Positions 1-12,672 of a DNA stretch of 64,000 bases are shown piece after piece. The stretch lies in NCBI GenBank assembly GCA_951406725.2, contig OX597816.1, positions 122,574,001 to 122,638,000 on the forward strand, given 5' to 3'. The notes beneath the pieces are model-generated. The model saw only the letters and a program-made list of their open reading frames with translations. It had not been told where the DNA came from and ran no database searches. Position 1 is the first letter of the stretch; each line of letters starts with the position of its first letter. The position numbers were made by a program, and so were the translations under genes. Source of the stretch: Octopus vulgaris. Its lineage: Eukaryota.

Positions 1-212
1 AATCTGATGCGATGATACAAGTATTATCGCAGCTGTCTGGCGAGTGGTCACGTGAAACTGAAGACCAGTTTCAAAAGAATCGGGGGGGGGGGTAATAAAT
101 AGTATATTACTCTACCTTTGTTATTCGAGTGCTATTTTTTCACCTTTATTTTGCATGTATGTTCCTACGTATATATAGAGAGATAAATAGATATGTACAT
201 GTAACAAACATA

Positions 213-413
213 ATCGGATAAGTGAATACCAGCGGGAGCTTAAAGACGAGGAAAGCTCGTCAGTTCTCTACCGACATGCTCGATTTAAACATGGAGGCTG
301 GTTTGATGACATAGGTGTTACGATTTTATCGACAGATAGAACAAACACTACAAATTACGTAGGCTACACACATAACAGAAGGTAGACCATTCCTCAACAG
401 AAAACGTGAATGA
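213..413 (+). mobile_element. Penelope-like element remnant: C-terminal part of GIY-YIG endonuclease
   Basis: Manual translation gives NRISEYQRELKDEESSSVLYRHARFKHGG..VTIL, then after a frameshift LQIT*ATHITEGRPFLNRKRE*. This matches the PLE GIY-YIG tail pattern R..EH...S.L..H...H...IL...QI.EA..I...P.LN.K.E. Confidence 0.55.
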
Positions 414-910
414 AGTAATAAATCTACCACTCCAGCACATTACACAACCTGATGACTAAAGACAGAATAAGTAAGCAAAATAAATAAGCAAATAAAAGAT
501 CCGGGTGTAAACAGTATAGTATACATAATCAATATACACACATTACATATACAAAAGACTGAACGAGAAAAAGAAACCAAATAAATAAATGAATAATAGA
601 TAGCGTAATGTAAAAACCCATATGCACATACACAAAACACACACGCACCTTCTGAACACATAGCCACACACACGCACAAACACAGATAGGGATACATACC
701 ACAGAATGACAAAATGGAATAGACAAGACAAGAGAAGACACAAAGGACAGAAAATCGTTGAAGATGTCACAGAATGCATGATGAAAGAACTCTTACAAAT
801 AAATTTAAACAAGAGTAATATTGATAGGGCTAAAGTGAAGACGAAATATAAATTGCATGTGTTTGATTGGCAAAAGATGACCATACACAAATATAACTAT
901 ATAATATGTA

Positions 911-932
911 CATACATACATACATACATACA

Positions 933-968
<36 letters not shown>

Positions 969-976
969 TATATATA
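911..976. repeat. (TACA)n/(TA)n microsatellite
   Basis: Read directly; a similar (ACAT)n tract lies at 1859-1940 and (AT)n at 3068-3114. Confidence 0.95.
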
Positions 977-1271
977 AATGCCGAACGAGTGTTGAACATG
1001 GCATTGGTGAATATACTTTATTTGTGAATTAAGGCTACTATTGGTTTCATGTAAAAAGAATGTAGGAAAATATCCTAGTTTCTTAACAATTTTTCAATTT
1101 GGAGATTACTTGGAAAGCTGGAAAGAAGAAAACAGTCTCGCTGGCATTGTTTGCATGTTTATCTCCCTTAAATTTATTTCTTGCATTTGTTCTGGACATG
1201 GTGTACACACACACAAAAATGTATATATATATATATATATATATACGTATGTGTACACACACACTCATAAA

Positions 1272-1863
1272 ATTATTAAAATTATAATTAAGAGTACCGA
1301 AGAAATATCACCATGACAAAAATTGCAGTCAAATCCTGACTCTAAAACAACATAAAGTATTCATACAACATATGTGAAAACATACATGAAAAAATTAAAT
1401 TAACCAAAACATTTAATGGATGATCCTAGATCGACGATTTCTGTTTATATATTTACATACTCTACCTCCTCATTCAGATATACCAAAATTAGTACATAAT
1501 TACATATATATACATACAACATGCGAATAATTTACCTATACGCATGTATACATACATACATATATATGTACGTATATACTAATCAATTCACTTGTCCATC
1601 CTACACCATATGCTATAAGGTCAAAAATATTACCGCAGTGAATATGACGAAGTCATATAAAAAGGATAAGACCATTATCTAAAATATGCAGTGGCCAGCA
1701 TAGAAAAAACTTATAGGTAATAATTATTATTAAAATTATAATTCAGGATAACGAAGAGATACCAGCATACCAAAAATAGCAGTCAAAACCTGATTCTAAA
1801 ATCATATCAAGTATTCATATAGCACAGGTCAAAAGATAAATGAACAAATAAATTAACAATACA
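1272..1863 (+). repeat. Diverged ~140-bp direct duplication (1272-1412 and 1726-1863)
   Basis: attattaaaattataatt..cgaaga.ata.ca.cat..caaaaat.gcagtcaaa.cctga.tctaaaa.ca.at.aagtattcata.. is present twice, about 454 bp apart. Confidence 0.8.
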
Positions 1864-1899
1864 TACATACATACATACATACATACATACATACATACA

Positions 1900-1935
<36 letters not shown>

Positions 1936-2053
1936 TATATGAAGGTTACAAACTTCATTAAAGGATTGCAAAATCCTATGAAATTACTTGTTAGTTACCT
2001 ATACAAAGAATGTTGAACACTACAGTTAATATTCAACACACACACACCCAACC

Positions 2054-2086
<33 letters not shown>

Positions 2087-2089
2087 GTT

Positions 2090-2252
2090 CGACGGGCTTC
2101 TTTCAGTTTCCTTCTACCATATCCACTCACAAATCTATGGTCGGCCCGAGACTATAGTAGAAGTCAGTTGCCCAAGGTGCCACGCAGTGTGACTGAACCT
2201 GGAACCATGTGGTTAGTAAGCAAGCTACTTGCCACACAGCCACTCCTGCGCC
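2090..2252 (-). mobile_element. tRNA-derived SINE (family A, 5' head and body)
   Basis: Minus strand begins ggcgcaggagtggctgtgtggcaag (A box) ... ggttcagtcac (B box), then ..gagtggatatggtagaaggaaactgaaagaagcccgtcg into an (AT)/(GT) tract. Homologous to 3341-3466. Confidence 0.85.
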
Positions 2253-3063
2253 TATATGTACAGTTATTATTAATATTTAATAAGGTGGAAGACATTCCAG
2301 GCAATCTATTACTTATTGTAAATATCAAAAGGGTTAAAAGACATAACTTATATTTTAACTTAGATTATTACTTTAGATTATTATTACTTTAGATTATTAT
2401 TACTTTAGATTATTCCCAGCAAGCAGTTCTTTAGCTCTTCACCTCTATATGAAATACCTACTTCCGGTTTTGAGGGCATTATATTTAGCTATTTAAATAA
2501 TCGTACTAAGTTTTAATTAATCTTCTTGAACTGACCCATATTTAAGCCCTTCTTATTACTTTTATAAGCCTATATTTACTTCCTTTTAATTCTTATTTAT
2601 TTATGTTAATTACTATATCTCTTTACTTGAGCCTCTTAACATATTTGCATCCGGTACCTCACTAAGGGAACGTTGCATATCTGAAACTTTAAAATGTTTG
2701 TCTAATTGTTCCTTATCTTTATTAATCTAGCTCAATAATAATTCTTTAAGTAGTGAAAAACTATAATTTGTAAGTCTTTATTCATTCATTTATTTTTCTC
2801 TATCTCTTCTTAATTTTACTATATTTTATTTTGTTTATTTTGTTTTATTCTTGATTATATTTTTTAAAATATATATACCCTAGCATTAAGTTAATATATC
2901 TTATAAGTCTTTTAACCCTTTCGATGTTTACAATAAATAATAGATTACCTGGAATTTTATTAATTAATTTTCTGAAGGATTTGAATTGAAACAGCTGTAA
3001 GATATGTTTGTCAATGTTTTAATTAATAAGTAATACTTTATTCTCTCTCTGTTTTCTTATCTT

Positions 3064-3116
<53 letters not shown>

Positions 3117-3119
3117 ATT

Positions 3120-3466
3120 TATTCTTTTACTTGTTTCAGTCTGTTTACTGCAGCCATGCCGGAGCACCACCTATAGTCGAACAAATCGACCCCACGACGT
3201 ATTCTTTTTAAACCGAGTACATATTCTATCGGACTCTTTTGTCGAGTCGCTAAGTTACGGTGACGTAAACACATCAACAGCGAATTTCAAACGGTGGTGG
3301 GGAGACAAACACAGATACACAAACATATACGTATATATATGACGGACTTCTTTCAGATTCCGTCTACCAAATCCACTCACAAGGCTGTGGTCGACTCGAG
3401 ACTATAGCAGAAGACAACTATGCAAGGTGCCACGCAGTGGGACTGAACCCTAACCATGTGCTTGGG
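3120..3466 (-). mobile_element. tRNA-derived SINE (family A, including 3' region)
   Basis: 3341-3466 aligns to the 2090-2252 copy. It continues through an internal (TG/TA) linker to a 3' part ending ..gactgaaacaagtaaaagaataaa. Confidence 0.85.
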
Positions 3467-5320
3467 AAAATAAAGATTTACGTGCTCATGCATATATACC
3501 TACTTCATTGATTTGCCATTGGTCGGCCCTGGGATGCAGTACTAAACAGTAAACATTTGTATAAGGTACCCTGCTTTTGGACTAAGCATGAAACCAGCAG
3601 TAGAGATGTGTTTTTTACCGACAATATGCGATGTAACTACACAACAATATTTGTACCTAAATATATGTGTGTATATGTATGCATGTGTGTGTGTGCGTGT
3701 GTGTATATAAATACAAAACATCCATTATCTAGATATCCGTAGACGAGTATCACCCATATCAGAATTGGAATATGAATCACGCAATATGAATTCATGGTAT
3801 AATATACAAATAAATCATCGTAAACCAAGAAACTAAGAACCCCATCACAAGTTTAACCAAACAAGAACTAGAATTAAAATGCTGGAGGACACCTTCAAAC
3901 CATTTAATACAAAATAAAAAATAGTATAGTCAACAAGTACATCAACAATATGTGTCCCATCCTCCGCTGCTTAACGAATATCATTATATTTACGACACAT
4001 GCATGATACCATTCAAACCTGCATATACGTACATGCATATGAATGTGTGTGTGTATGTGTGTATATGCATGCCTAAATATGTATGTGTATGTATATATAT
4101 ATATATCATATTGGTATACGAACTCGTATCATGTATATATCATATTTTACGTACACATTCGTGAGAAGAAAAGAATACACAAAATAAATAAATAAATAAT
4201 TTAGCTCTTCACTTAAGAGAATGCAAATTTTATGTGCGTATGTGCGTTTGTGTCTGGGTATCTGTGTGTGTGTGTGTCTGCATATATGCGTTGGAGAGTG
4301 AAAGTGAAAGTGAAAGAAAGCTCACAAGTTTATAAATTTGTTTCTATCATATTGATTTCCACAGAGGTTTTGTAGATCAATACGAGTGATATAACTCCTA
4401 AATTAATAAACCATATGTATACGTTTGTGTGCGCTTGTGCGAGTGCTTGTGGATGTATGAGTGTGCGTGCGTGTGTGTGTGTGTGTGTGTTTGTGTGTAT
4501 TTATAGGCATTCCTGTTAGCATTCCACCAAGATCAAAGGACGATGTTCAGTGAATAGATGTTAAATAACTTCTCGCAAAATCAAAACCAATATGCTCGGA
4601 AGAACAGTCGATTACAAACGATATGGTTTCCTCGCGAAGCTTCTTTATACAGAAATTTTCATTTTAGAATCGTTTCATATTTTATTATTCAAATATATTT
4701 TTCCTGGAATCGGTAATGACATGATAAGCGAAGCTAACGATGCGATGCTGAAGTTAACGATGTAATTCCAAAGCTTCCTGAAGCCTGACATAGTTGATCT
4801 CAAATTGCTGGTGATGTATAATCATCGGAACTTGATGAAGTCTAAATAAAAGGACAATGACATTCTATTTATCATAATAGCTTAGTTATCTATTACTGTT
4901 ATTTATTTTATTTTATAATTATACACTTGACTGTAAATCCGTTTGTTTGTTATAGCAATTTTACTTTTGAGCTATTTTAAGAGATTTGCCTGCACATAGG
5001 TACATAGAATCCCAGTAGAAGAATATTCACTTCTCGTTTGAAATTTTTCATGAAATAACATTTACTGTTAAATATATCTATTGGAGCCGTTTACGTTGGA
5101 CTGTAAACCTTCCCAAGTAAACGGGTGTATATTTCGTATGTACAGCCATATTTATCTATTGATTAACGAAGACACTCTGAGGTGATTAATGTGTTGTTTT
5201 AGTATATTCTCATACATGCTACGCTCCGTGATGAGTAGAAAAAGGGAATTAGAGAAGGATGGGGAAGAAAATAATATAGGATAGAGTCGCACCAAAAAGT
5301 TTAAGATGAACTTACTTGGA

Positions 5321-5389
<69 letters not shown>
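5321..5389. repeat. (TAA)n tract at 5' flank of R4/Dong element
   Basis: Pure AAT repeat read directly. Confidence 0.95.
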
Positions 5390-5392
<3 letters not shown>

Positions 5393-8300
5393 AACTGAAA
5401 ACCACAGAGCTCAAAATGGACCACCGACCATACCTCCCGAGAATCAAAATAAACAAAATAACAACACCTATTATAAACAGCATAAACCTAGCCGTCACTG
5501 AACTGATAGCCACTGAATAAAAAAAAAGTGATATCACTGAGCTAAATAACCTAATATACGCAGCAGCCACTGCAGCCACAAAAGAAGCTGGATACTTACC
5601 CAAACCCGCCCAAACAGGAGTACCACCACCCAAACAAACCCTGTGGATAAATAACATCCAAAGCAAAATTAAAAAAAATTAGGAAAGACCTGTCGATTCT
5701 TAATGAAATCAGCAAACAATCAACGCTACTGAGCAACAAAAAGAGAACAAAAATACTCCGCAAATATAACATCACAGAGAAAGATTTGCCTGAAATAAAA
5801 GAAAAGCTGAAGCAAGATATCCTTGCCAAAGCACAAAGGATCCGCCGGTACAAGAAACGCCAACGCTTCTTTGAAGAAAACAAAAAGTTCAACTCTAACC
5901 CCAAAAAATTCTACCAAGAACTGGGAAAAAATAAAATAGAAGTCACTGCAGCACCAACGGCAGAAGAATTGGAAGAATTCTGGAGAGAAATATGGTCGGC
6001 GAACGAACCACCAAAAAAAAGAGTATCAGAATAACAAACTCGGCATCTGAACAACTTTGGACCCCCATAACAACTGAAGAGGTCACCCAGGCACTGCAAA
6101 GACTAAGCAACTGGAAGGCACCTGGGCATGACAAGATCCCCAACTTCTGGTTGAAATATCTAACAGGAATGCACAAAAAGCTGGCTGAAAACTTTAACAA
6201 AGTACTAGCAGAGCCAGAGACAATGCCAGAATGGCTCACGAAGGGGAAAACCATCTTAATTCCCAAATCAAATGAAACAGAAAAACCAGAAAACTACAGA
6301 CCAATAACCTGCCTCCCTACTATGTTCAAGGCATTTACTGCAGTGATATCACAAAGGCTGAACAAGCACCTGGACGAAAACAAACTGTTCCCAGAAGAGC
6401 AGAAAGGATGCCGCAAAGGCTCATATGGCTGTAAAGATCAACTAATGATTAATAAAGCCATAACTGAAGACAGCCACAGAAAGAAGAAAGGCCTCAGTAT
6501 GGCCTGGATTGACTACAAAAAGGCGTTTGATAGCATCCCCCACACATGGATCCTCGAAACACTAGCCATTAACAAAGTAGCACCAACAATCATAAAATTC
6601 ATAGAGCACTCTATGAATAAATGGCAAACAGTCCTACACCTCCAAACAAAAGAGGGACTCATGAAAACCAAAGACATCCCCATTAGAAGAAGAATATTCC
6701 AGGGAGACACGCTCTCTCCACTCCTTTTCTGCTTGGCACTGTCACCTCTATCTGATATGCTAAATAGAACTGGATGCGGATATAAATGTTACGGCAAAAC
6801 GATCAGCCACCTTTTATATATGGATGACCTAAAACTATACGCTGCAAATGACAAACAGCTGGAAACACTATTAAAGACAGTTCATGGATTTACCAAAGAA
6901 ATAGATATGAAATCTGGATTAGAAAAATGCGCCAAAGTAACCATGAAAAGAGGAAAACTAGTTAAGAGTAACAACATCACACTAGATAAAACAAATGAAA
7001 TAAAAGAATTAGACCAAAGCCAAACTTACAAATACTTAGGAATCCATGAACTAGATAAGACACAACACACACAAATGAAAGAGAAAATAAAAAAAGAATA
7101 TTATAGATGAGTTAGATCAATACTAAACACAGAGCTCAATGCTAAAAACAAGATAATAGGTATCAACACTTTAGCTGTCCCAGTTATAAGTTACAGCTAC
7201 AATATCCTTAACTGGACACGAAATGAACTGACCAAAATAGATAGGAAAACAAGAAAAATAATGACAGGATCTAGGATGCATCACCCAAAATCTGACATAG
7301 AAAGACTATATATACAACGTATAGAAGGTGGTAGAGGCCTTATACAGCTGGAAAACTACTATAAAATAACCACCATAGGACTGCAAAAATATCTACTTCA
7401 GAAGGAAGGAAAACTGATCCAGATAGCGGCAAAACACGAGCAAAACAAAAAACTGTTCTCAGTATTTAAGGAAGCTGACAAATACAAACAAGAAATCATA
7501 CCACCTAATAAACATGAAGAAGAAGAAGAAGAAGAAGATGAAGAAACAACAAAAGCTATAAAACAAATGAAATCCAAACTAAAAATAGAACAGCAACGAA
7601 CCATGATAAAACGATGGCAAGAAAAGCCCCTTCATGGTAAATACTGCACTAAACTAAACGCAAAAGAAATAGACAAAGAAAAATCCCAGCAATGGTTGAG
7701 AAACTCAGGACTCAAAGCAGAAACAGAGGGATTTTTAATTGCAGCACAAGACCAAAGCCTCCCCACCAGAAATTACCAAAAACATGTAATGAAAAGAAAT
7801 ATTACAAGTAACTGCAGAATATGTGGAGATGGACAAGAAACAATAAATCATATTATCTCTAGCTGCCCAGTCTTGACTAAGAAGGAATATATTCACAGAC
7901 ATGACAGAGTTGGAACCTACATACACTGGAAGCTATGCCAACATTATGGAATAACAACAGAAAAAAGATGGTATAGGCACACACCAGAAAAGGTCACAGA
8001 AAACGAGAAAGCAACCATACTCTGGGATATGCCGATACACACAGATACAGAAATTAAGGCCAACAGACCAGATATAGTTGTCAGAGATCATGAAGAAAAA
8101 AATGCTTTCTAATTGATGTATCAATACCGGCTGATGACAACGTGTCTCTAAAAGAAATGGAGAAACTCTCAAAATACAAAGACCTGGAAATAGAGGTAAC
8201 TAGAATGTGGAATCAGAAAACAGAAACAATTCCTATCATAGTAGGTACATTAGGCATGATAAAAAAATATTCAGACAAATACATAACAAAAACACCAGGA

Positions 8301-8478
8301 TTTACAAACACATATAACATACAGAAAATTGCACTACTAGGCACTGCACACATCCTACGCAGAACACTTTCCATACAATAACCATCAGAGCATCACAACA
8401 AATCACAGCACATACCCAAGGCACACAGAGCTGTGCTCGGTAGTGAAGTGAAAGCACGCTATAAAAATAAAACTACTG
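5390..8478 (+). mobile_element. R4/Dong-clade non-LTR retrotransposon (RT plus restriction-like endonuclease), 5'-truncated and recently inactivated
   Basis: RT motifs KAPGHD, NYRPITCLPT, WIDYKKAFDSIPH, IFQGDTLSPLLF, LYMDDLKL, YKYLG, plus GGRGL. CCHC finger CRICGDGQETINHIISSC, RHD, and RLE motif NRPDIVVRD..LIDVSIP..KLSKY. Flanked by (TAA)n on both sides. Confidence 0.93.
5786..8381 (+). pseudogene. Disrupted single ORF (RT-CCHC-RLE) of the R4/Dong element
   Basis: ORF pieces 5786-6034, 5992-7110, 7261-8112 and 8142-8381. The TGA at 7108-7110 reads through in frame (EYYR*VRSILNTELNAKNK). Frameshifts fall in A-runs near 6015 and 8100. Confidence 0.88.
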
Positions 8479-8487
8479 AATAATAAT

Positions 8488-8583
<96 letters not shown>
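8479..8583. repeat. (TAA)n tract at 3' flank of R4/Dong element
   Basis: Read directly. Confidence 0.95.
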
Positions 8584-8584
<1 letters not shown>

Positions 8585-8968
8585 GATATATAGGCATATA
8601 TGGGTTCCCCATTCTCCTCTTATTCCCTTTTCTCTCCCATTTCCCACACGTAGCCATCCGCTATCTCGCTTATCCTCGCGTGACCATCTTTCTTTTCCTG
8701 CACGATGTTTTCTATCTATCTCTCTCTTCTATTTCTATCTATCTTGATCTTCCACCTTTTCCCTTTACAAAGAAGATATTTCTCCCAACGTTCTCTATTT
8801 ACCTCTCGTTCTGCTATAACGACCGTCTATGTTTATTTTCGTTCGGTTTCCTTGTATTTCTCCACTGTCCTGTTTTCCATTTTTTCTCTCGTTGTTTGCG
8901 TATTTAACTCTTTTGTTTCCGTACTTCATGTTGTTTACACAGTTGGTGACGTTCTGTATCCATATATG

Positions 8969-9002
<34 letters not shown>

Positions 9003-9221
9003 AAGTTCAATAAAAGTCCAAGAAAATCATGTGTGTTGTAACATGACTGAAGTAGATATGTAGGTAGGTAGATATGTAGATAGATTGATAATTAGTGAAA
9101 TATTCGTATATCAATTAGAGTATAAAATCCTGACATAGATGATAATTGACTGAGCTGGAATATAAGATTTGAGAGACAAAAATTTGATCTATCATTAAAA
9201 TAGAAGCAAAGAAAATATTGA

Positions 9222-9432
9222 TTTCAAATTTTGCCACAAGGCCAGCAATTTCGGGAGATGGGTAAGTCGATTACATCAACCCCCGTACTCAACTGGAATT
9301 TATTTTATCGTTCCTGGAAGTGTGAGAGACAAAGTCTACCTCGATGGAATTTGAACTCAGACGTAAAAACAAACGTAATGCCGCGAAGCTTTTTCTCCAG
9401 GTGTGCTAACGATCATGGCAGCTCGGCGCCCT
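9222..9432 (-). mobile_element. tRNA-derived SINE (family B, MetaSINE-like central domain)
   Basis: Homologous to 22160-22366, 22886-23118 and 24911-25120. Head ggcg.cgagctg.ca.gatcgttagc..gagttcaaattcc; possible TSD agaaaat(a/g)ttga at 9210-9221 and 9442-9453. Confidence 0.8.
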
Positions 9433-9662
9433 TACAATTAGAGAAAATGTTGAAACCAGAAAATGTTAAAGGCAAGCAAACATGAAATTCATTACCCCTG
9501 TTTGATTGACATATTAGCAAGAAATAGCAGACTTAATTTCTCTGATATATAGTATTACAATGACAATGGAATGATGTAGTTCTATGGCTGAATAAATATA
9601 AAATAGTCATGGATGGAAAGCCTTTGATAACAGGTCTCATCCATCAGAGCTGTCAGGTCATT

Positions 9663-9803
9663 AACAACAGCAGCAGCAGCAACAACAAAAACAACAACAA
9701 CATCAACAGCAGCAACAACAACAACAAGAACAACAACAACAAGAACAACAACAACAACAACAACAACAAGAACAACAACAACAACAACAAGAACAACAAC
9801 AAG

Positions 9804-9849
<46 letters not shown>

Positions 9850-9863
9850 GTAGCAGCAACAAC
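9663..9863. repeat. (AAC)n microsatellite with CAG/AAG interruptions
   Basis: Read directly; source of the poly-N, poly-L and poly-C ORFs. Confidence 0.95.
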
Positions 9864-10329
9864 AGAAAATGCCCTGAAAATATACCAAATTTGTACTGAA
9901 TAATAAGAATGACATATAACATGACAAAATTACTGACATTAACTTCTCTTAAGTGTCTAATAAATGGTTGAAATCCATGCAACTTCTGAGCACTCATGAA
10001 AATGCTAATTTGATCAGTTTAGAGTTAATTGTAGTGTGCTGATGCTACAGTTTTAGGGATGCTTTCTGTAACACCATTTGAATATAAATTCTTAATCGAA
10101 TAAAAGTATAATAAATTGTATTTTAAGCTATCAAACGACCGAAGATTCTAAAAGTATGATAAATAATACGTTAAATCTACTAAACGATCTAATCTTCTTC
10201 TAATATTTAGCCGAACAAGATATTAGTTATATTACATAATTGGCTTAGTGCTGATGACTGAGGATATTTTGAAATCTACATTTACGTTGTATGAAAGACA
10301 GCGCTATCTGGTCACTTTATTTGCGCATG

Positions 10330-12110
10330 CCGGACTTTATAAATGGCAAAATTAGTAAACTATCCAAAGAGCACATTAGTAAAAAACACCATCTCGCCTG
10401 GAAATCCATCAAAGACCTATCAGGCAAAAATTCTGGGTCATCAATTAGAATTAAAGGGGGATCAGCTAAGAATCGTTTAGAAAATTGGTCAACCCATTTT
10501 AAAAACCTCCTTGGGAAGAATGCCAAAATCCCTGATAACCCCACTCTTCCAAGTGTGCCTATATCAGACACGCTGGACATCAACTCCTCCTCTTTTACCA
10601 TATTTGAACTAACAGCAGCCACCAAGCAACTAAAAGCCTCGAAAGCATTTGGTCTCGACAACATCCCAGCTATAATTTGGAAGGATGATAGATTTCACAC
10701 ACTTTTGCTCAACCTCTGCAACCACACACTTTCCACCTTTGTCGCTCCAAAGATTTGGCACCAATCTCAAATCATCCCAATACCCCAAAAAGGCGATTTA
10801 TCCCTCGTCACCAACTACAGGGGTATATCTCTAATGTCAATTGCTGTAAAACTATACAACAAACTGATCCTAAATCGTCTTGTCCTTTTTGTTGAACCTT
10901 TGCTCCGAAAGAGCCAAAATGGATTCAGACATGGGCGCTCAACGCTGAGCCAGATACTATGCCTAAAAGATTTATTGAAGAATCAAAAGCATTTAATCGC
11001 GATCTTGCAATGGTATTTGTAGACTTTTCTAAAGCGTTCGATTCTGTAGATAGCTACAAGATGTTTGAAATCCTTAAGCTCTATGGGATACCAGACAAAA
11101 TCATTTCTGCCATCAAGATCCTCTACACAGATACGTCTTCAACCATCCTAACCCTTGACGGAGAAACATCATCTTTCTCATTCAAAGCCGAAATACTGCA
11201 GGGAGACACACTCGCCCCATTTCTTTTCATCATTGTTGTTGATTATGTGCTGCGTATGTCAGTTGATACCATCTCTGGCAAGGGCTTTGAAATAAAACCA
11301 AGAAGAAGTTCCAGACACCCAGCTGAGTACTTGACAGACACTGACTTTGCTGACGACATCGCTCTTATCAGTGATTCTCTCTCCAATGCCCAGTCTCTTT
11401 TACAATCTCTTGAACAAGCCTTAAATTGTGTAGGTCTTTACCTCAATGAGGCCAAGACTGAATACATAAACAAGTGCCTGTCCAACAGTGATTGCATCAT
11501 CCATACTCTCAACAATGCGCCCTTAAATATGGTTTCTGATTACAAATATCTTGGGTCATACATATCATCATCTGGAAAAAACTTTCTAACTAGAAAGGGT
11601 ATGGCCTGGTCAGCCTGTAATGACATGCATAAGATCTGGTCATCAAATCTAAGTAGAAACTTCAAACTTGAAATCTTCAAAGCCACACTCGAACCAATTC
11701 TACTATATGGCTCAGAAACCTGGACGTTATCAAAGAAGCTTGAGAGGCGGTTGGATGGAACCTACACTCGCCTCCTTATGAGAGCTCAAAAATCTCTCGT
11801 GGAAGCGCCATCCAACCAAAATGCAAGTATATGGGAAACTACCACCTGTGTCATCTCTTGTGAAAGGTAAGAGAGTCCAGTTTGCTGGACATTGTTGTAG
11901 AGCTGAAAAAGAGGTAATTTCTACTCTTCTCCTCTGGAAGCCATCTACTCGCAATACCAGAGGGCGCACACTCTTCTACCCTGATGTAATCTCCAGGGAT
12001 ACAGGCATCCAGCAACAAGACCTCCGTAATGCCATGATGGACCGTGAAGTCTGGCGTAGCATGGTAAATTCCATTGTCTCGACCACGGTCGAACAATGAT
12101 GATGATAATG
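10330..12110 (+). mobile_element. RTE-group (RTE/RTEX-like) LINE, 5'-truncated, RT domain and (TGA)n tail
   Basis: KAFGLDNIP, NYRGISLMSIAVKLYNK, QNGFR, FVDFSKAFDSV, LQGDTLAPFLF, FADDIAL, YKYLGS, LLYGSETW, FAGHC across ORFs 10291-11022, 10959-11870 and 11821-12099 (two frameshifts). Ends caatgatgatgataatg. Confidence 0.9.
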
Positions 12111-12180
12111 GTAGTAAATCTAACAGACTCACTATCTATAATATTGAATCCTGAAAGTTACAGTCTACCATATTTATAAG

Positions 12181-12672
12181 TGGAGGTGCAATGGCCCAGT
12201 GGTTAGGGCAGCAGACTCGCGGTCGTAGGATCGCGATTTCGATTCCCAGCCAGGCATTGTGAGTGTTTATTGAGCGAAAACACCTAAAGCTCCACGAGGC
12301 TTCGGCAGGGGGGGGGGAACCCTGCTGTATTCTTTCACCACAACTTTCTCTCACTCTTTCTTCATGTTCCTGTTGTACCTGTATTTCAAAGGGCCAGCCT
12401 TGTCACACTCTGTGTCACGCTGAATCTCCCCGAGGACTACGTTAAGGGTACACGTGTCTGTGGAGTGTTCAGCCACTTGCACGTTAATAAATGAACTGCG
12501 ACGTCGCTGGTGTCAAGCTGTATCGGCCTTTACCTTTCCCTTGGATAACATCGGTGGCGTGGAGAGGGGAGGCTGGTATGCGTTGGTGACTACTGGTCTT
12601 CCATAAACAACCTTGCCCAGACTTGTGCCTCGGAGGGTAACTTTCTAGGTGCAATCCTATAGTCATTCATGT
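12181..12672 (+). mobile_element. tRNA-derived SINE, apparently chimeric (family C head/body plus family D 3' half)
   Basis: A box tggcccagtgg, B box atttcgattcc. 12489-12672 aligns with 62441-62620, whereas 12181-12488 does not match the body of that SINE. Confidence 0.8.

Noticed and set aside
445-510. cctgatga after the Penelope remnant as a hammerhead
   Set aside because: No stem II or GAAA can be formed; at most an unrecognisable relic.
440-1316. Many 60-115 aa ORFs rich in YI, CV or HT repeats (also at 19.9k, 37.4k, 52.3k, 56.5k and 62.8k)
   Set aside because: Translations of (TA)n, (CA)n and (TACA)n microsatellites; no coding signal.
9609-9997. Poly-Asn, poly-Leu and poly-Cys ORFs
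   Set aside because: Products of the (AAC)n microsatellite.
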